DNA from: an uncultured Deinococcaceae bacterium | GTDB taxonomy: Bacteria; Deinococcota; Deinococci; Deinococcales; Deinococcaceae | Direction: 5' to 3' | Assembly: GCA_964252075.1 (NCBI GenBank) | Contig: CAXULY010000023.1 | Coordinates: 22,846-86,845, forward strand | DNA length: 64,000 nucleotides | In this document: positions 51,808 to 60,144 of the stretch, piece by piece | Layout: the number at the start of each line of letters is the position of its first letter | Numbering within the stretch: position 1 is the first letter of the stretch | Translations under genes and position numbers: made by a program | The notes under the pieces: generated by a model | Told to the model about the DNA's origin: nothing | The model's database searches: none | What the model saw: only the letters and a program-made list of their open reading frames with translations

Positions 51808-53102
51808 CGGACCTGCACCCCCGCTGGAAGAACGTCTACCAGGGGCGCGAGATGATCTATATGCCCCGCCCGGGCACGGGCATCGCCGAGCGGCGCGGGC
51901 AGCACGTGACGGTCGTGCGCGGCCCGAACCCCACCGCGAAGAACCCCAGCGTCCGCGTCCTTTTCAGGGACGGCGCGCAGGCCACGGTCTCCCCCACCAT
52001 GCTGGAGCGCATCGAGCGCGACGTGTACCGGGCGAGCGAACCGCCCGCGCCGGACCCCATCCTCGACGACCTTCGGGACCGGCCCAGCTACCGCACCCTG
52101 TTGCGCCGCTGCGAGGACGCCCTCACCATCGAGCGCGACCAGGGACCGGACGCCGCGATCGGCCTACGCGCCGCCGCCACCGATCAGGCGCGGCGCAGTG
52201 TCCGCAGCGCCCTGAGTGGCGCGGCGCTCGACGTGCAGGGCGCCACGACCGAGCGCCTGCTGCAGGCCGCCTACCAGGAGGTGCAGACGCGCGTGCTGAA
52301 CCGTGCGGGCCGCATCCGCATCCCAGGTGCCGCGCCCGAGCGGCCCGCGACGCTCATCCGCATGACCCAGGCGGCCGTCACGCAATTCCAGCGCGTCGAG
52401 CACAACCTGATCGCCGCCGCCATCCTGAACGGTGACGTCACACCGGACGAACGGCCGCAGCGCCTGCAACCCCCCTTGCCCGGCCAGCCTCGCAAGCACC
52501 CCCTCGCGGACGAGCACGAGCAGGCGTGGCGCGAGATGCACCAGCACGCCATGCTGTGCGTCCGCCACACCCTCGGCCGCAACACCGCGCTTGCCGACCA
52601 CCACGCGGCCCTCAGCGAGGACGCCCGCGTCCGGCACGAGGTCCTGGCCGCCGAACTGGAGCGGCGCCGTGCGACGCACCACACCGGCCGCTACCACGAC
52701 GGCGAGCTGTTCCGCGTCGCACTCCCCGCCGACCCCACCCTGCCCGAAGACCTGGACCTGGAGCAGGTCGAGGAGTGGCAGAACTGGCACTTCACGCTCG
52801 TCATCGTGTGGGCCGAGGACGGCGCCACCCTGGAGGTCGCCAACGGCGTGGAGATCGAGCAGGAGAGCGGCGTGTACGTCGGGGAGGACGGCTGGCGCGC
52901 CCTCACGCGCTGGCTGGAAACGCACGACGACCGCCTCACCCAGGGCGCCCAGCAGGGCCGGCAGTTCGAGGACGAAACGGACCTCATCTGGCGCGTCAAC
53001 GGCAGCGGACTGTCCCTCCGGACGAAAGTCGCACAGGAGTACCCCGCCATCGTGCACGCCCTGGAAGCCATCCGGTGCCTGCTGCGCCCCGAAGTCGCTT
53101 GA
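51804..53102 (+). CDS. Hypothetical protein, last early gene (possible late regulator)
   Basis: Long GC3-biased ORF directly before the putative late promoter. Confidence 0.7.
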   Translation: MTDLHPRWKNVYQGREMIYMPRPGTGIAERRGQHVTVVRGPNPTAKNPSVRVLFRDGAQATVSPTMLERIERDVYRASEPPAPDPILDDLRDRPSYRTLLRRCEDALTIERDQGPDAAIGLRAAATDQARRSVRSALSGAALDVQGATTERLLQAAYQEVQTRVLNRAGRIRIPGAAPERPATLIRMTQAAVTQFQRVEHNLIAAAILNGDVTPDERPQRLQPPLPGQPRKHPLADEHEQAWREMHQHAMLCVRHTLGRNTALADHHAALSEDARVRHEVLAAELERRRATHHTGRYHDGELFRVALPADPTLPEDLDLEQVEEWQNWHFTLVIVWAEDGATLEVANGVEIEQESGVYVGEDGWRALTRWLETHDDRLTQGAQQGRQFEDETDLIWRVNGSGLSLRTKVAQEYPAIVHALEAIRCLLRPEVA

Positions 53103-53127
53103 CGGTCTCTGCACAAAGCCTCAGAAT
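53099..53127 (+). promoter_or_regulatory. Sigma70-like promoter (putative late promoter)
   Basis: TTGACG-17 nt-CAGAAT. Confidence 0.55.
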
Positions 53128-53151
53128 CGATTTACCGTTCAGAAGTGTTTC

Positions 53152-53178
53152 ACGCGCCCGCCGGAGGCGCGTTTTTTC
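53152..53178 (+). terminator. Intrinsic terminator
   Basis: acgcgcc-cgccgga-ggcgcgt-ttttt. Confidence 0.75.
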
Positions 53179-53220
53179 ATGCCTGAACGGCCACACCTCG
53201 CTGGAGGCGCCCTCATGTAA

Positions 53221-53638
53221 CGCCCGGCCAGCACCACCACAACTGAAGACCGCGAGCGCGGAGGGGACCGGAAATACGACAACGGCTCTCACCGCCCCGC
53301 CATCAGCGCGGCAACGCGCCATCACGTCCGCCCCGACCTCGGGCGGCGGGTCGCTGGTCCCACCCCACCAGCAGGAACGCCCCTGCGCAGGCGTGACGCG
53401 CTCCGGAGAGACGGGCACCCCCACCAGCGGGTCAGCTGGGAGCCTGGGCCCTGAGTGTGCGGCCCACGCGACGCCGTAGCCGGGCACTTCGGTGTGCCTT
53501 CGACGACCGGGTGCACTGCGACCCGGCCCGTGACGGTCAGGGCGGGCAGCGCATGGCGAGCGCGCGAAGAGCACGACGCGCGGGATTCAGGGCTGATGCT
53601 GCCCGGTGCGCAGGTTCGACGCCTGCACTCGCCGCCCA
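53221..53638 (+). ncRNA. Candidate structured non-coding RNA with 3' tRNA-like domain
   Basis: No convincing ORF; serial hairpins with GCAA and cUUCGg loops; GCAGG-TTCGACG-CCTGC T-arm. Confidence 0.5.
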
Positions 53639-53654
53639 CGCGTTACGGTAGGCC

Positions 53655-53888
53655 ATGCCCAACCAACCGCTGCCTCCATTCCTCGAAACCTCTACCCGCG
53701 AGCTGATCAACGTCAATCACGTCATGCGCTTCCGCGTGTACCAGGACATGGTCGGCAAGTGGGTCACGGACGCGCAACTCGTGAACGGTGACTGGGTGAT
53801 GGTGACGGACCACGCAGGCAGTGAATACGACGCCTACGAATGGATCAACAAGTACATGTACCGACCCGACATGGAGGTCGACGAGTAA
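53655..53888 (+). CDS. Hypothetical protein (moron-like)
   Basis: TACGGT 5 nt before ATG; own terminator. Confidence 0.7.
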   Translation: MPNQPLPPFLETSTRELINVNHVMRFRVYQDMVGKWVTDAQLVNGDWVMVTDHAGSEYDAYEWINKYMYRPDMEVDE

Positions 53889-53898
53889 CGCCCGCACC

Positions 53899-53930
53899 AC
53901 CCCCGCCCCGCCTCGCGCGGGGTTTTTTGT
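53899..53930 (+). terminator. Intrinsic terminator
   Basis: accccgc...gcggggt-ttttt. Confidence 0.75.
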
Positions 53931-54002
53931 TGCACCGACGCGCCGCCCCCGGGCGAATCCTTCGCGTCAACCGCTGGTAGACACGGCGGCCTCAGGAGAC
54001 CC

Positions 54003-54509
54003 ATGCAGGTGATCAACCAGAAGCACGAACTCACGCCCGTCACCCGCCTCAAGCCCCACCCGCGCAACCCCAACGCGGGCGACGTGGCCGCCATCCAGGC
54101 CAGCATCGACGAGAACGGCTTCTACGGCGCGATCATCGCGCAGCGCTCAACCGGCCACATCCTCGTGGGGCACCACCGCTACCAGGCGGCCGTGCAGGCG
54201 GGCGCGGAGAAGATCCCCGTGTTCTGGGTGGACGTCGACGACACGCGCGCCCTGAAGATCCTCCTCGCGGACAACCGCACCGCGGAGCTCGCCACGCGCG
54301 ACGAGGAAGCGCTCGCGCAGCTCCTGCAGGAACTCGGCGCGGCGGACGGCGGCCTCACCGGCACCGGGTACGACGCGGACGACCTGGAGCACCTGCTCGC
54401 CCGCACCAGCGACGAGCTGCCGGACAGCTTCAAGGCGCTCGACGAGAGCATCGCGCAGGATGTCAAGACGGTGAAGTGCCCGCACTGCGGCGAAAGCTTC
54501 CCCGCGTGA
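54003..54509 (+). CDS. ParB-like N-terminal (ParBc) domain protein
   Basis: LKPHPRNPN, SI.ENGF, GHHRY.A, LADNR, C-terminal CPHCG. Confidence 0.88.
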   Translation: MQVINQKHELTPVTRLKPHPRNPNAGDVAAIQASIDENGFYGAIIAQRSTGHILVGHHRYQAAVQAGAEKIPVFWVDVDDTRALKILLADNRTAELATRDEEALAQLLQELGAADGGLTGTGYDADDLEHLLARTSDELPDSFKALDESIAQDVKTVKCPHCGESFPA

Positions 54510-55603
54510 CGTACGCCGAGACGCTCGCACAGGCGTGGCAGGACGCCCTCGCGCCGCGCGCGCCCGACGCCCCCACCGTCATCTCGACCTTCGCGGGCCG
54601 AGGCGGTTCGAGCACGGGCTACCACATGGCCGGGTACCGCGAGCTGCTCGCCGTCGAGTGGGACGAGCACGCGGCCGCCACGCTGCGCCTGAACTACCCG
54701 CACCTCGACGTGTACCACGGCGACATCGCCGCCCTCACCGTCGAGGAGGTCCTGCGCCGCACGGGCCTCACGCCCGGCGAACTCGACCTGTTCGACGGCA
54801 GCCCACCCTGCCAGGGGTTCAGCACCAGCGGCAAACGCGCCCTCAACGACCCCCGCAACCAGCTGTTCCGCGAGTACACGCGCCTCCTGCACGGCCTGCA
54901 ACCCAAGGCCTTCGTGATGGAGAACGTCACCGGCATGGTGAAAGGCAAGATGAAAGCCATCTTCGCCGAGATCCTCCAGGACCTGAAGGCCTGCGGGTAC
55001 CGCGTGACCGCCGGCGTGGTCGACGCCAGCTACCTCGGCGTGCCGCAGGCCCGGCAGCGCGTCATCTTCATCGGCGCGCGCGAGGACCTGGACGTCACGC
55101 CCACCCTGCCCGCCCCACAGACGCGCCGCACCACCGCGGGCGAGGCGCTCGCGGACCTGCCCGACACGCCCACCGGCCCCGGCCTCATGACGACCCGCCA
55201 GTGGATCAACGTGTGGGCCCGCGTCAAACCAGGACGCGACTTCGCCAGCGTCCACCCGAAGGGCAACCTCTTCAACTACGCGAAGCTCGACCCCGCCCGC
55301 CCCTCCGGCACCATCACCAAGACCGTCACGACCGGCAACGGCGGCCCCGGCCTGTACCACTGGAAGCACCCCCGCCTGCTGAACATCGACGAGCTCGCGC
55401 GCCTCGGCAGCTTCCCCGACGCCTACCAGTGGCCCGGCGACCCCCGCACCGACAAGAAGGCGCACCAGGAAGCGTGGGCGGGCATTGGGAACGCTGTCCC
55501 ACCCCTCATGGCCCGCGCCATCGCGCAGCATGTGCGCGACACCGTGCTGCGCCCCCGACCAAACGACCGGGGGCGCAGCAGCGATCAACTCAGAACGGCG
55601 TGA
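54506..55603 (+). CDS. DNA (cytosine-5) methyltransferase
   Basis: FAGRGG, GSPPCQGFS, MENV, PQARQRV, IGNAVPP. Confidence 0.95.
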   Translation: MTYAETLAQAWQDALAPRAPDAPTVISTFAGRGGSSTGYHMAGYRELLAVEWDEHAAATLRLNYPHLDVYHGDIAALTVEEVLRRTGLTPGELDLFDGSPPCQGFSTSGKRALNDPRNQLFREYTRLLHGLQPKAFVMENVTGMVKGKMKAIFAEILQDLKACGYRVTAGVVDASYLGVPQARQRVIFIGAREDLDVTPTLPAPQTRRTTAGEALADLPDTPTGPGLMTTRQWINVWARVKPGRDFASVHPKGNLFNYAKLDPARPSGTITKTVTTGNGGPGLYHWKHPRLLNIDELARLGSFPDAYQWPGDPRTDKKAHQEAWAGIGNAVPPLMARAIAQHVRDTVLRPRPNDRGRSSDQLRTA

Positions 55604-55730
55604 TGCAACCAGGGCACGGCTCCGGCGCCAACCCGCCACCCGACGCCAGCACCGCGCCCGCCAGCACCAACGCCAACGCCACCCACACCCGACGATCCAC
55701 CGTCAACACCCGCGCCGCAAGCGTGTTCAT
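55590..55730 (-). CDS. Antisense 46-aa membrane peptide
   Basis: One TM helix + CPGC; TACGCT 6 nt before ATG. Confidence 0.55.
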   Translation of the reverse strand: MNTLAARVLTVDRRVWVALALVLAGAVLASGGGLAPEPCPGCITPF

Positions 55731-55760
55731 GCGCCCAGCGTAGCAGCGAGGAGGTGCCCC

Positions 55761-56327
55761 GTGCCCAAAACCAAAGCCGCCCCCAAACCCCCCGCAAAGT
55801 CTCCCAAGAGCGCGAGCGTGACACGCCGCGGCCGCCCACCCGCCTATGACTGGAAAGCGATCCTGCGGATGTACCGCCGCGGCGATGACAGCGTGACGCT
55901 GGAAAGCCTGAGCCGTGAAAGTCGCGGAAGTGGCTGGCCCAGCCTCGCGCAGCTGAAACGCCGTTCCAGCGAGCAAGATTGGCCGGACCTGCGCGCCGAG
56001 TTTCGATACCAGGACGCGACCAGGGCGCAGCAACTCGACCTGGAGACGATTGAGGACGTTCGGCACCGGCATGTGCGCAGCGCGAAGATCCTCCAGACCA
56101 TCGGTTTGAAGGGCTTCGCGGCCATCAACGCCCGGGCGCAGGAGCTGAGTCCCTTCGAGGCGTCGCGCATCTACCAGCTGGGCATCGAGACGGAGCGGAA
56201 GGCGCGCGGCATGGAGGAATTCACGGTGCGCATCGAGGACCTCCGGAGCCCCGAGGACCTGAAGAAGCTCACGACGGACCAGCTGCTGGAGTTGCGCGCG
56301 CGCGTGAAGGCGAATGCCAAGGCGTGA
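55761..56327 (+). CDS. Probable terminase small subunit
   Basis: GAGGAGG RBS, basic N-terminus, position before TerL. Confidence 0.65.
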   Translation: MPKTKAAPKPPAKSPKSASVTRRGRPPAYDWKAILRMYRRGDDSVTLESLSRESRGSGWPSLAQLKRRSSEQDWPDLRAEFRYQDATRAQQLDLETIEDVRHRHVRSAKILQTIGLKGFAAINARAQELSPFEASRIYQLGIETERKARGMEEFTVRIEDLRSPEDLKKLTTDQLLELRARVKANAKA

Positions 56328-57867
56328 CCGCCTGCCCTCGTGGCTGACCAGCGAGGCCATCGACCTGGTGATCTTGGAGCAGGAACTCGCGGCGCGCGGC
56401 GAGCTGCCGCCCGAGCCGCCGCCCACCATGGACCTGCAGGTGCCGGAGGACCCGCACCCGTACCTCACGTACTTCAGCGATCCGGTGGGCTTCACGCGGG
56501 ACGTGCTGCGCCTGACGGTGTGGGACGCGATGGAGCGCATCATGACGGGCATTCGCGACCACGCGAAGGTCGCGGTGCGTTCCGGGCACAAGGTCTCGAA
56601 GAGCACCACCGCGGCGAGCATCGCGTTGTGGCGTGCCGTCGCGCGTCCCGGCAGCCGCACCGTGCTGACGGCACCGACCGCCCGCCAGGTGAAGACCATC
56701 ATCTGGAAGGAACTCAAGCGCCGCCACGCGCAGGCGAACTTGCCGGGCACGCCCTTCGACGACCCCGGCACCGGGTACCGGCACGGCGAGAGCGAGGTGT
56801 TCGGCTTCTCGACCAGCGACGCGGAGAAGATGGCGGGCATCTCCGGCGAGGACCTGCTGTTCATCATCGACGAGGCGTCCGGCGTGGCAGAAGGCATCTT
56901 CGAGGCCATCGAGGGGAACATGGCGGGCGGCGCGCGCCTCCTGCTGATCAGCAACCCCACGCAAACCAGCGGCACGTTCTACGAGGCCTTCACCAGCAAG
57001 CGGCAGTTCTGGCACTGCATTCATGTCAGCAGCGAGGACACGCCGAATGCCCGCAGCGGGCAGATCCTCATTCCGGGCCTTGCGACGGCCGCGTGGGTCG
57101 AGGAGAAGCGCGCGGACTGGGGCGAGGACAGCCCGCTGTACCAGGTGCGCGTGCGCGGGAACTTCCCGACGCAGGCCACGAACAGCGTGATCGGCCTGGG
57201 CCTCGTCGAAGCGGCGCGCGCGCGGCACGACGCGGAACCCGAACCGCCCACCGGCGCGTTCAGCGTGGGCGTGGATCCAGGGCGGTACGGTGACGACCCG
57301 GCCGTCATCCAGCCCGTGTACGGCGACCGCCCGGTGCCCGCCACGGTGAAGCGCAAGCAGGACACCGTCGAGGTGGCCGGCCACGTGATGGATGTGGTGG
57401 AGGCCGAGCGCGCGCGCACCGGGTACACCGGACCCGTGCACGTGAAGGTGGACGACATCGGCCTGGGTGGCGGCGTCACCGACCACCTGAAGCACAGCGA
57501 CCGCGCGAAGGCGCTCGGCATCGTCGTGATTCCCGTGAACAGCAGCAACCGCGCGACCAGCGAGGGGTACAGCAAGCTGCGCGACCAGCTGTGGTTCGCG
57601 CTGCGTGACTGGCTGAAGGATGGCGGACACCTCCCACCCGACCCGCTCCTCGAGGGGGAACTGATCGCGCCCCTGTACAGCTTCGACACGCAGGGCCGCG
57701 CGAAGGTGGAGGGCAAAGACGAACTCAAGCCGCGCCTGCGCCGCAGCCCCGACCACGCGGACGCCCTGGCGCTCGGCATTTACGACCCGCCCGTCGAGGC
57801 GCCGCCGCACGACCCGGCCGTACCGGCCGCCGCCATGCTCGGCCCGAGCGACGACCTGTACGCCTGA
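56314..57867 (+). CDS. Terminase large subunit
   Basis: RSGHKVSKS Walker A, FIIDEA Walker B, ISNP, GVDPGRYGDD, SPDHADAL. Confidence 0.92.
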   Translation: MPRRDRLPSWLTSEAIDLVILEQELAARGELPPEPPPTMDLQVPEDPHPYLTYFSDPVGFTRDVLRLTVWDAMERIMTGIRDHAKVAVRSGHKVSKSTTAASIALWRAVARPGSRTVLTAPTARQVKTIIWKELKRRHAQANLPGTPFDDPGTGYRHGESEVFGFSTSDAEKMAGISGEDLLFIIDEASGVAEGIFEAIEGNMAGGARLLLISNPTQTSGTFYEAFTSKRQFWHCIHVSSEDTPNARSGQILIPGLATAAWVEEKRADWGEDSPLYQVRVRGNFPTQATNSVIGLGLVEAARARHDAEPEPPTGAFSVGVDPGRYGDDPAVIQPVYGDRPVPATVKRKQDTVEVAGHVMDVVEAERARTGYTGPVHVKVDDIGLGGGVTDHLKHSDRAKALGIVVIPVNSSNRATSEGYSKLRDQLWFALRDWLKDGGHLPPDPLLEGELIAPLYSFDTQGRAKVEGKDELKPRLRRSPDHADALALGIYDPPVEAPPHDPAVPAAAMLGPSDDLYA

Positions 57868-57881
57868 AAGGAGGTGCCCGC

Positions 57882-59441
57882 TTGACCATGATCCTCGGAC
57901 CGGACGGCAGGCCCGCCCGCACAGAAGAGCCCACCCAGGAAGCGAACGTCCCCCAGCTGCGCGGCGGCAGCCTCCCCTTCGCCAACCCCGGCCCGGGAGA
58001 CGCGGGCGGTGGCTTCACTGACCCAGCCACACGGGGTGGGTGGACGCAGGTGGGCGGCGTGGCGGGGCGCCGGTACTTCGCGGACCGCGCCACCGCGCGC
58101 CGCGTGTGCCGCACCCTGTACCTGCTCCCCAACGCCTTGTTCTGGGGCGCCGTGCAGCTCGTCGCGGCCTTCCTGATGGGCGATACCCTCACGTACGGCG
58201 ACCTCGACGACAAAACCGCGCAGCTGGCGCTCGATGAGTTCTGGCAGGCGAACAACCTCAGCGAAGCGATGACGCAGCGCTGGATCATCGAGTTCCTGCT
58301 CGACGGCGAGAACGCCACGGTGTTCCCCACGGGCTCGGACAATCCGGGCGCGGACCTCCCGGCGCGCGTGGCGTTCCTGGACGTCGACGGCAACGTGAGC
58401 GTGACGGGCAGCACCGCGCGCGGCATCACCGCCGGCGACATGGCGGGCAGCGTCACCCTCACACGCGGCCTGAACGACGTGGTGACCTGGGAGTCCGGGG
58501 AGTTCGTGTGGAGTGCGCACGACGCCCTGTGGAACGACGTGCGCGGCTGGCCGGTGGTCGCCGCTGCAGCGGACGCCGCCATGGCGTACACCTCCCTGGC
58601 GAACCTGCGCATGAACGTGCACGACATTCAGCAGCGCATCGTCGCGGTGTACAGCGCCATCGTGGATCCGGACGGCCGGGACGCGAACGGCGCGCTGGAC
58701 GGCGGCATGTACGGCTGGAGGTTGAAGACCAGCGGCTTCAAGCGCATCCCGCGCGACGGCGGCATCCTGCCGATCGTCGTGAAGCCCGGCTACACCGACA
58801 AGAACGGCAACCGCTTCGACAGCGTCCGCGAGACGCTGGAGTTCCCACAGCCCGCCAGTGGCGCCGGTGACGCCGCGGAGGATGCCCAGACGTTCCTGCG
58901 CCTCGCCGGCCTCGCGATGGGCGGTCTGCCCGAGCACTGGCTCGGCAATGGCGGGGAGGCCACGCGCACCACCGCGAGTGAGATGAGCACGCCCGCCACG
59001 CGCGTCGCCGGCAGGCGCCAGGCGCTCGTGCGGTCTTACCTCGACCGCCTCATCCGCACGGAGCTGAAGCGGCGCTTCGGCCCGGACCGCCTGTACACCG
59101 TGTACAAGACGGTCGTGGGAAAGGACGGCCTGAAGCGTGATCGCAAGCGGTTGCGCCTGCCCGCCGACATGCTGGAGTTCCCCTGGCAGTTGCCCGCCAT
59201 CACCGAGGAGAACCTCGACACCCTCATCCGCCGCGCCCTCGCCGCCCGCGCCGCCGGGTGGGCCAGCCCGCAGACGCTCAGCGGCTCGCTGGGCTTCGAC
59301 CCGAGCGTCGAGAACGAACTCATGACGAGCGCCGGGCTGCGCTTCGGCAACGCCACGCGGCCCAGCAGCGCGCCGAGCACCGCCCCGCCGGACCCCACCA
59401 CCGAACCGGCGCCCACCGAAGACCCCGCCCCGGCGCCATGA
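57882..59441 (+). CDS. Portal protein
   Basis: ~520 aa directly after TerL; LLDGE, GLPEHWLG; AAGGAGG RBS. Confidence 0.75.
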   Translation: MTMILGPDGRPARTEEPTQEANVPQLRGGSLPFANPGPGDAGGGFTDPATRGGWTQVGGVAGRRYFADRATARRVCRTLYLLPNALFWGAVQLVAAFLMGDTLTYGDLDDKTAQLALDEFWQANNLSEAMTQRWIIEFLLDGENATVFPTGSDNPGADLPARVAFLDVDGNVSVTGSTARGITAGDMAGSVTLTRGLNDVVTWESGEFVWSAHDALWNDVRGWPVVAAAADAAMAYTSLANLRMNVHDIQQRIVAVYSAIVDPDGRDANGALDGGMYGWRLKTSGFKRIPRDGGILPIVVKPGYTDKNGNRFDSVRETLEFPQPASGAGDAAEDAQTFLRLAGLAMGGLPEHWLGNGGEATRTTASEMSTPATRVAGRRQALVRSYLDRLIRTELKRRFGPDRLYTVYKTVVGKDGLKRDRKRLRLPADMLEFPWQLPAITEENLDTLIRRALAARAAGWASPQTLSGSLGFDPSVENELMTSAGLRFGNATRPSSAPSTAPPDPTTEPAPTEDPAPAP

Positions 59442-59728
59442 CGCCACCCGACCCGGAGGACCGCATGGCCGACGACCACATCCCCACGCCCGATGAACTC
59501 CAGCGGCGCGCGCAGGACCAGGACGCGCACCGGGAGCGCCAGCGCGTGGCGGCCGCCCTGCGGCACGCCACGGGCGGCACCTGCACCGTGGACTTCACCG
59601 TCTCGCCCACCCTGACCGCTGAACTCCAGCGCAAGGGGTTCACCGTGCGGCGCTTCACCGGCCCGCGCCACACCAGCACGGAGATCTGCTGGTCGCCGAG
59701 CGGCCCGCAACGGATCACTGAAAGGTGA
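59438..59728 (+). CDS. Hypothetical protein
   Basis: ATGA-coupled to portal. Confidence 0.55.
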   Translation: MTPPDPEDRMADDHIPTPDELQRRAQDQDAHRERQRVAAALRHATGGTCTVDFTVSPTLTAELQRKGFTVRRFTGPRHTSTEICWSPSGPQRITER

Positions 59729-59758
59729 GGAGGAGCGCATGCCGGGTATTGTGACGGC

Positions 59759-60079
59759 ATGAGCATCAGCTACGCATGGAACAAGTTTTATCTCGCTGTT
59801 GAGGGCATGGCTTCTGGCACCGGTACGCTGCAAGAGCGACTCACTAACGCGTTTGCTTACCACCTGCCACTCGTTCGAGACGAAAACCTGCCTGAAGACC
59901 TCCGTGAACGATTCCACGCACTTAAACAGCGAGCGGACAGCGCGCGCGATAGCGAGGTTGCGCATGGCAACAGGCTGCCCCCCCTTTTATTAACCGATGA
60001 CGACGCTCAGGAGATCGCAAAGGAGATTTTTGCGGTGTTCCTTGAGTTGACCAAAGTCGATCCGCTTCGCGACGCCTAG
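59759..60079 (+). CDS. Moron-like hypothetical protein, lower GC
   Basis: AT-richer codons; TATTGT 6 nt before ATG; terminator follows. Confidence 0.7.
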   Translation: MSISYAWNKFYLAVEGMASGTGTLQERLTNAFAYHLPLVRDENLPEDLRERFHALKQRADSARDSEVAHGNRLPPLLLTDDDAQEIAKEIFAVFLELTKVDPLRDA

Positions 60080-60096
60080 CCGCACTGCACCGATTC

Positions 60097-60131
60097 GCCG
60101 CCGTGCCTGCTCATGCAGGGCGGCGGCTTTT
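60097..60131 (+). terminator. Intrinsic terminator
   Basis: gccgccg..cctgc-tcat-gcagg.cggcggc-tttt. Confidence 0.7.
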
Positions 60132-60144
60132 GATTGGAGGAACC

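Noticed and set aside
53555..53638. Functional tRNA gene
   Set aside because: No 7-nt anticodon loop, no D-loop GG, no U8; kept only as tRNA-like
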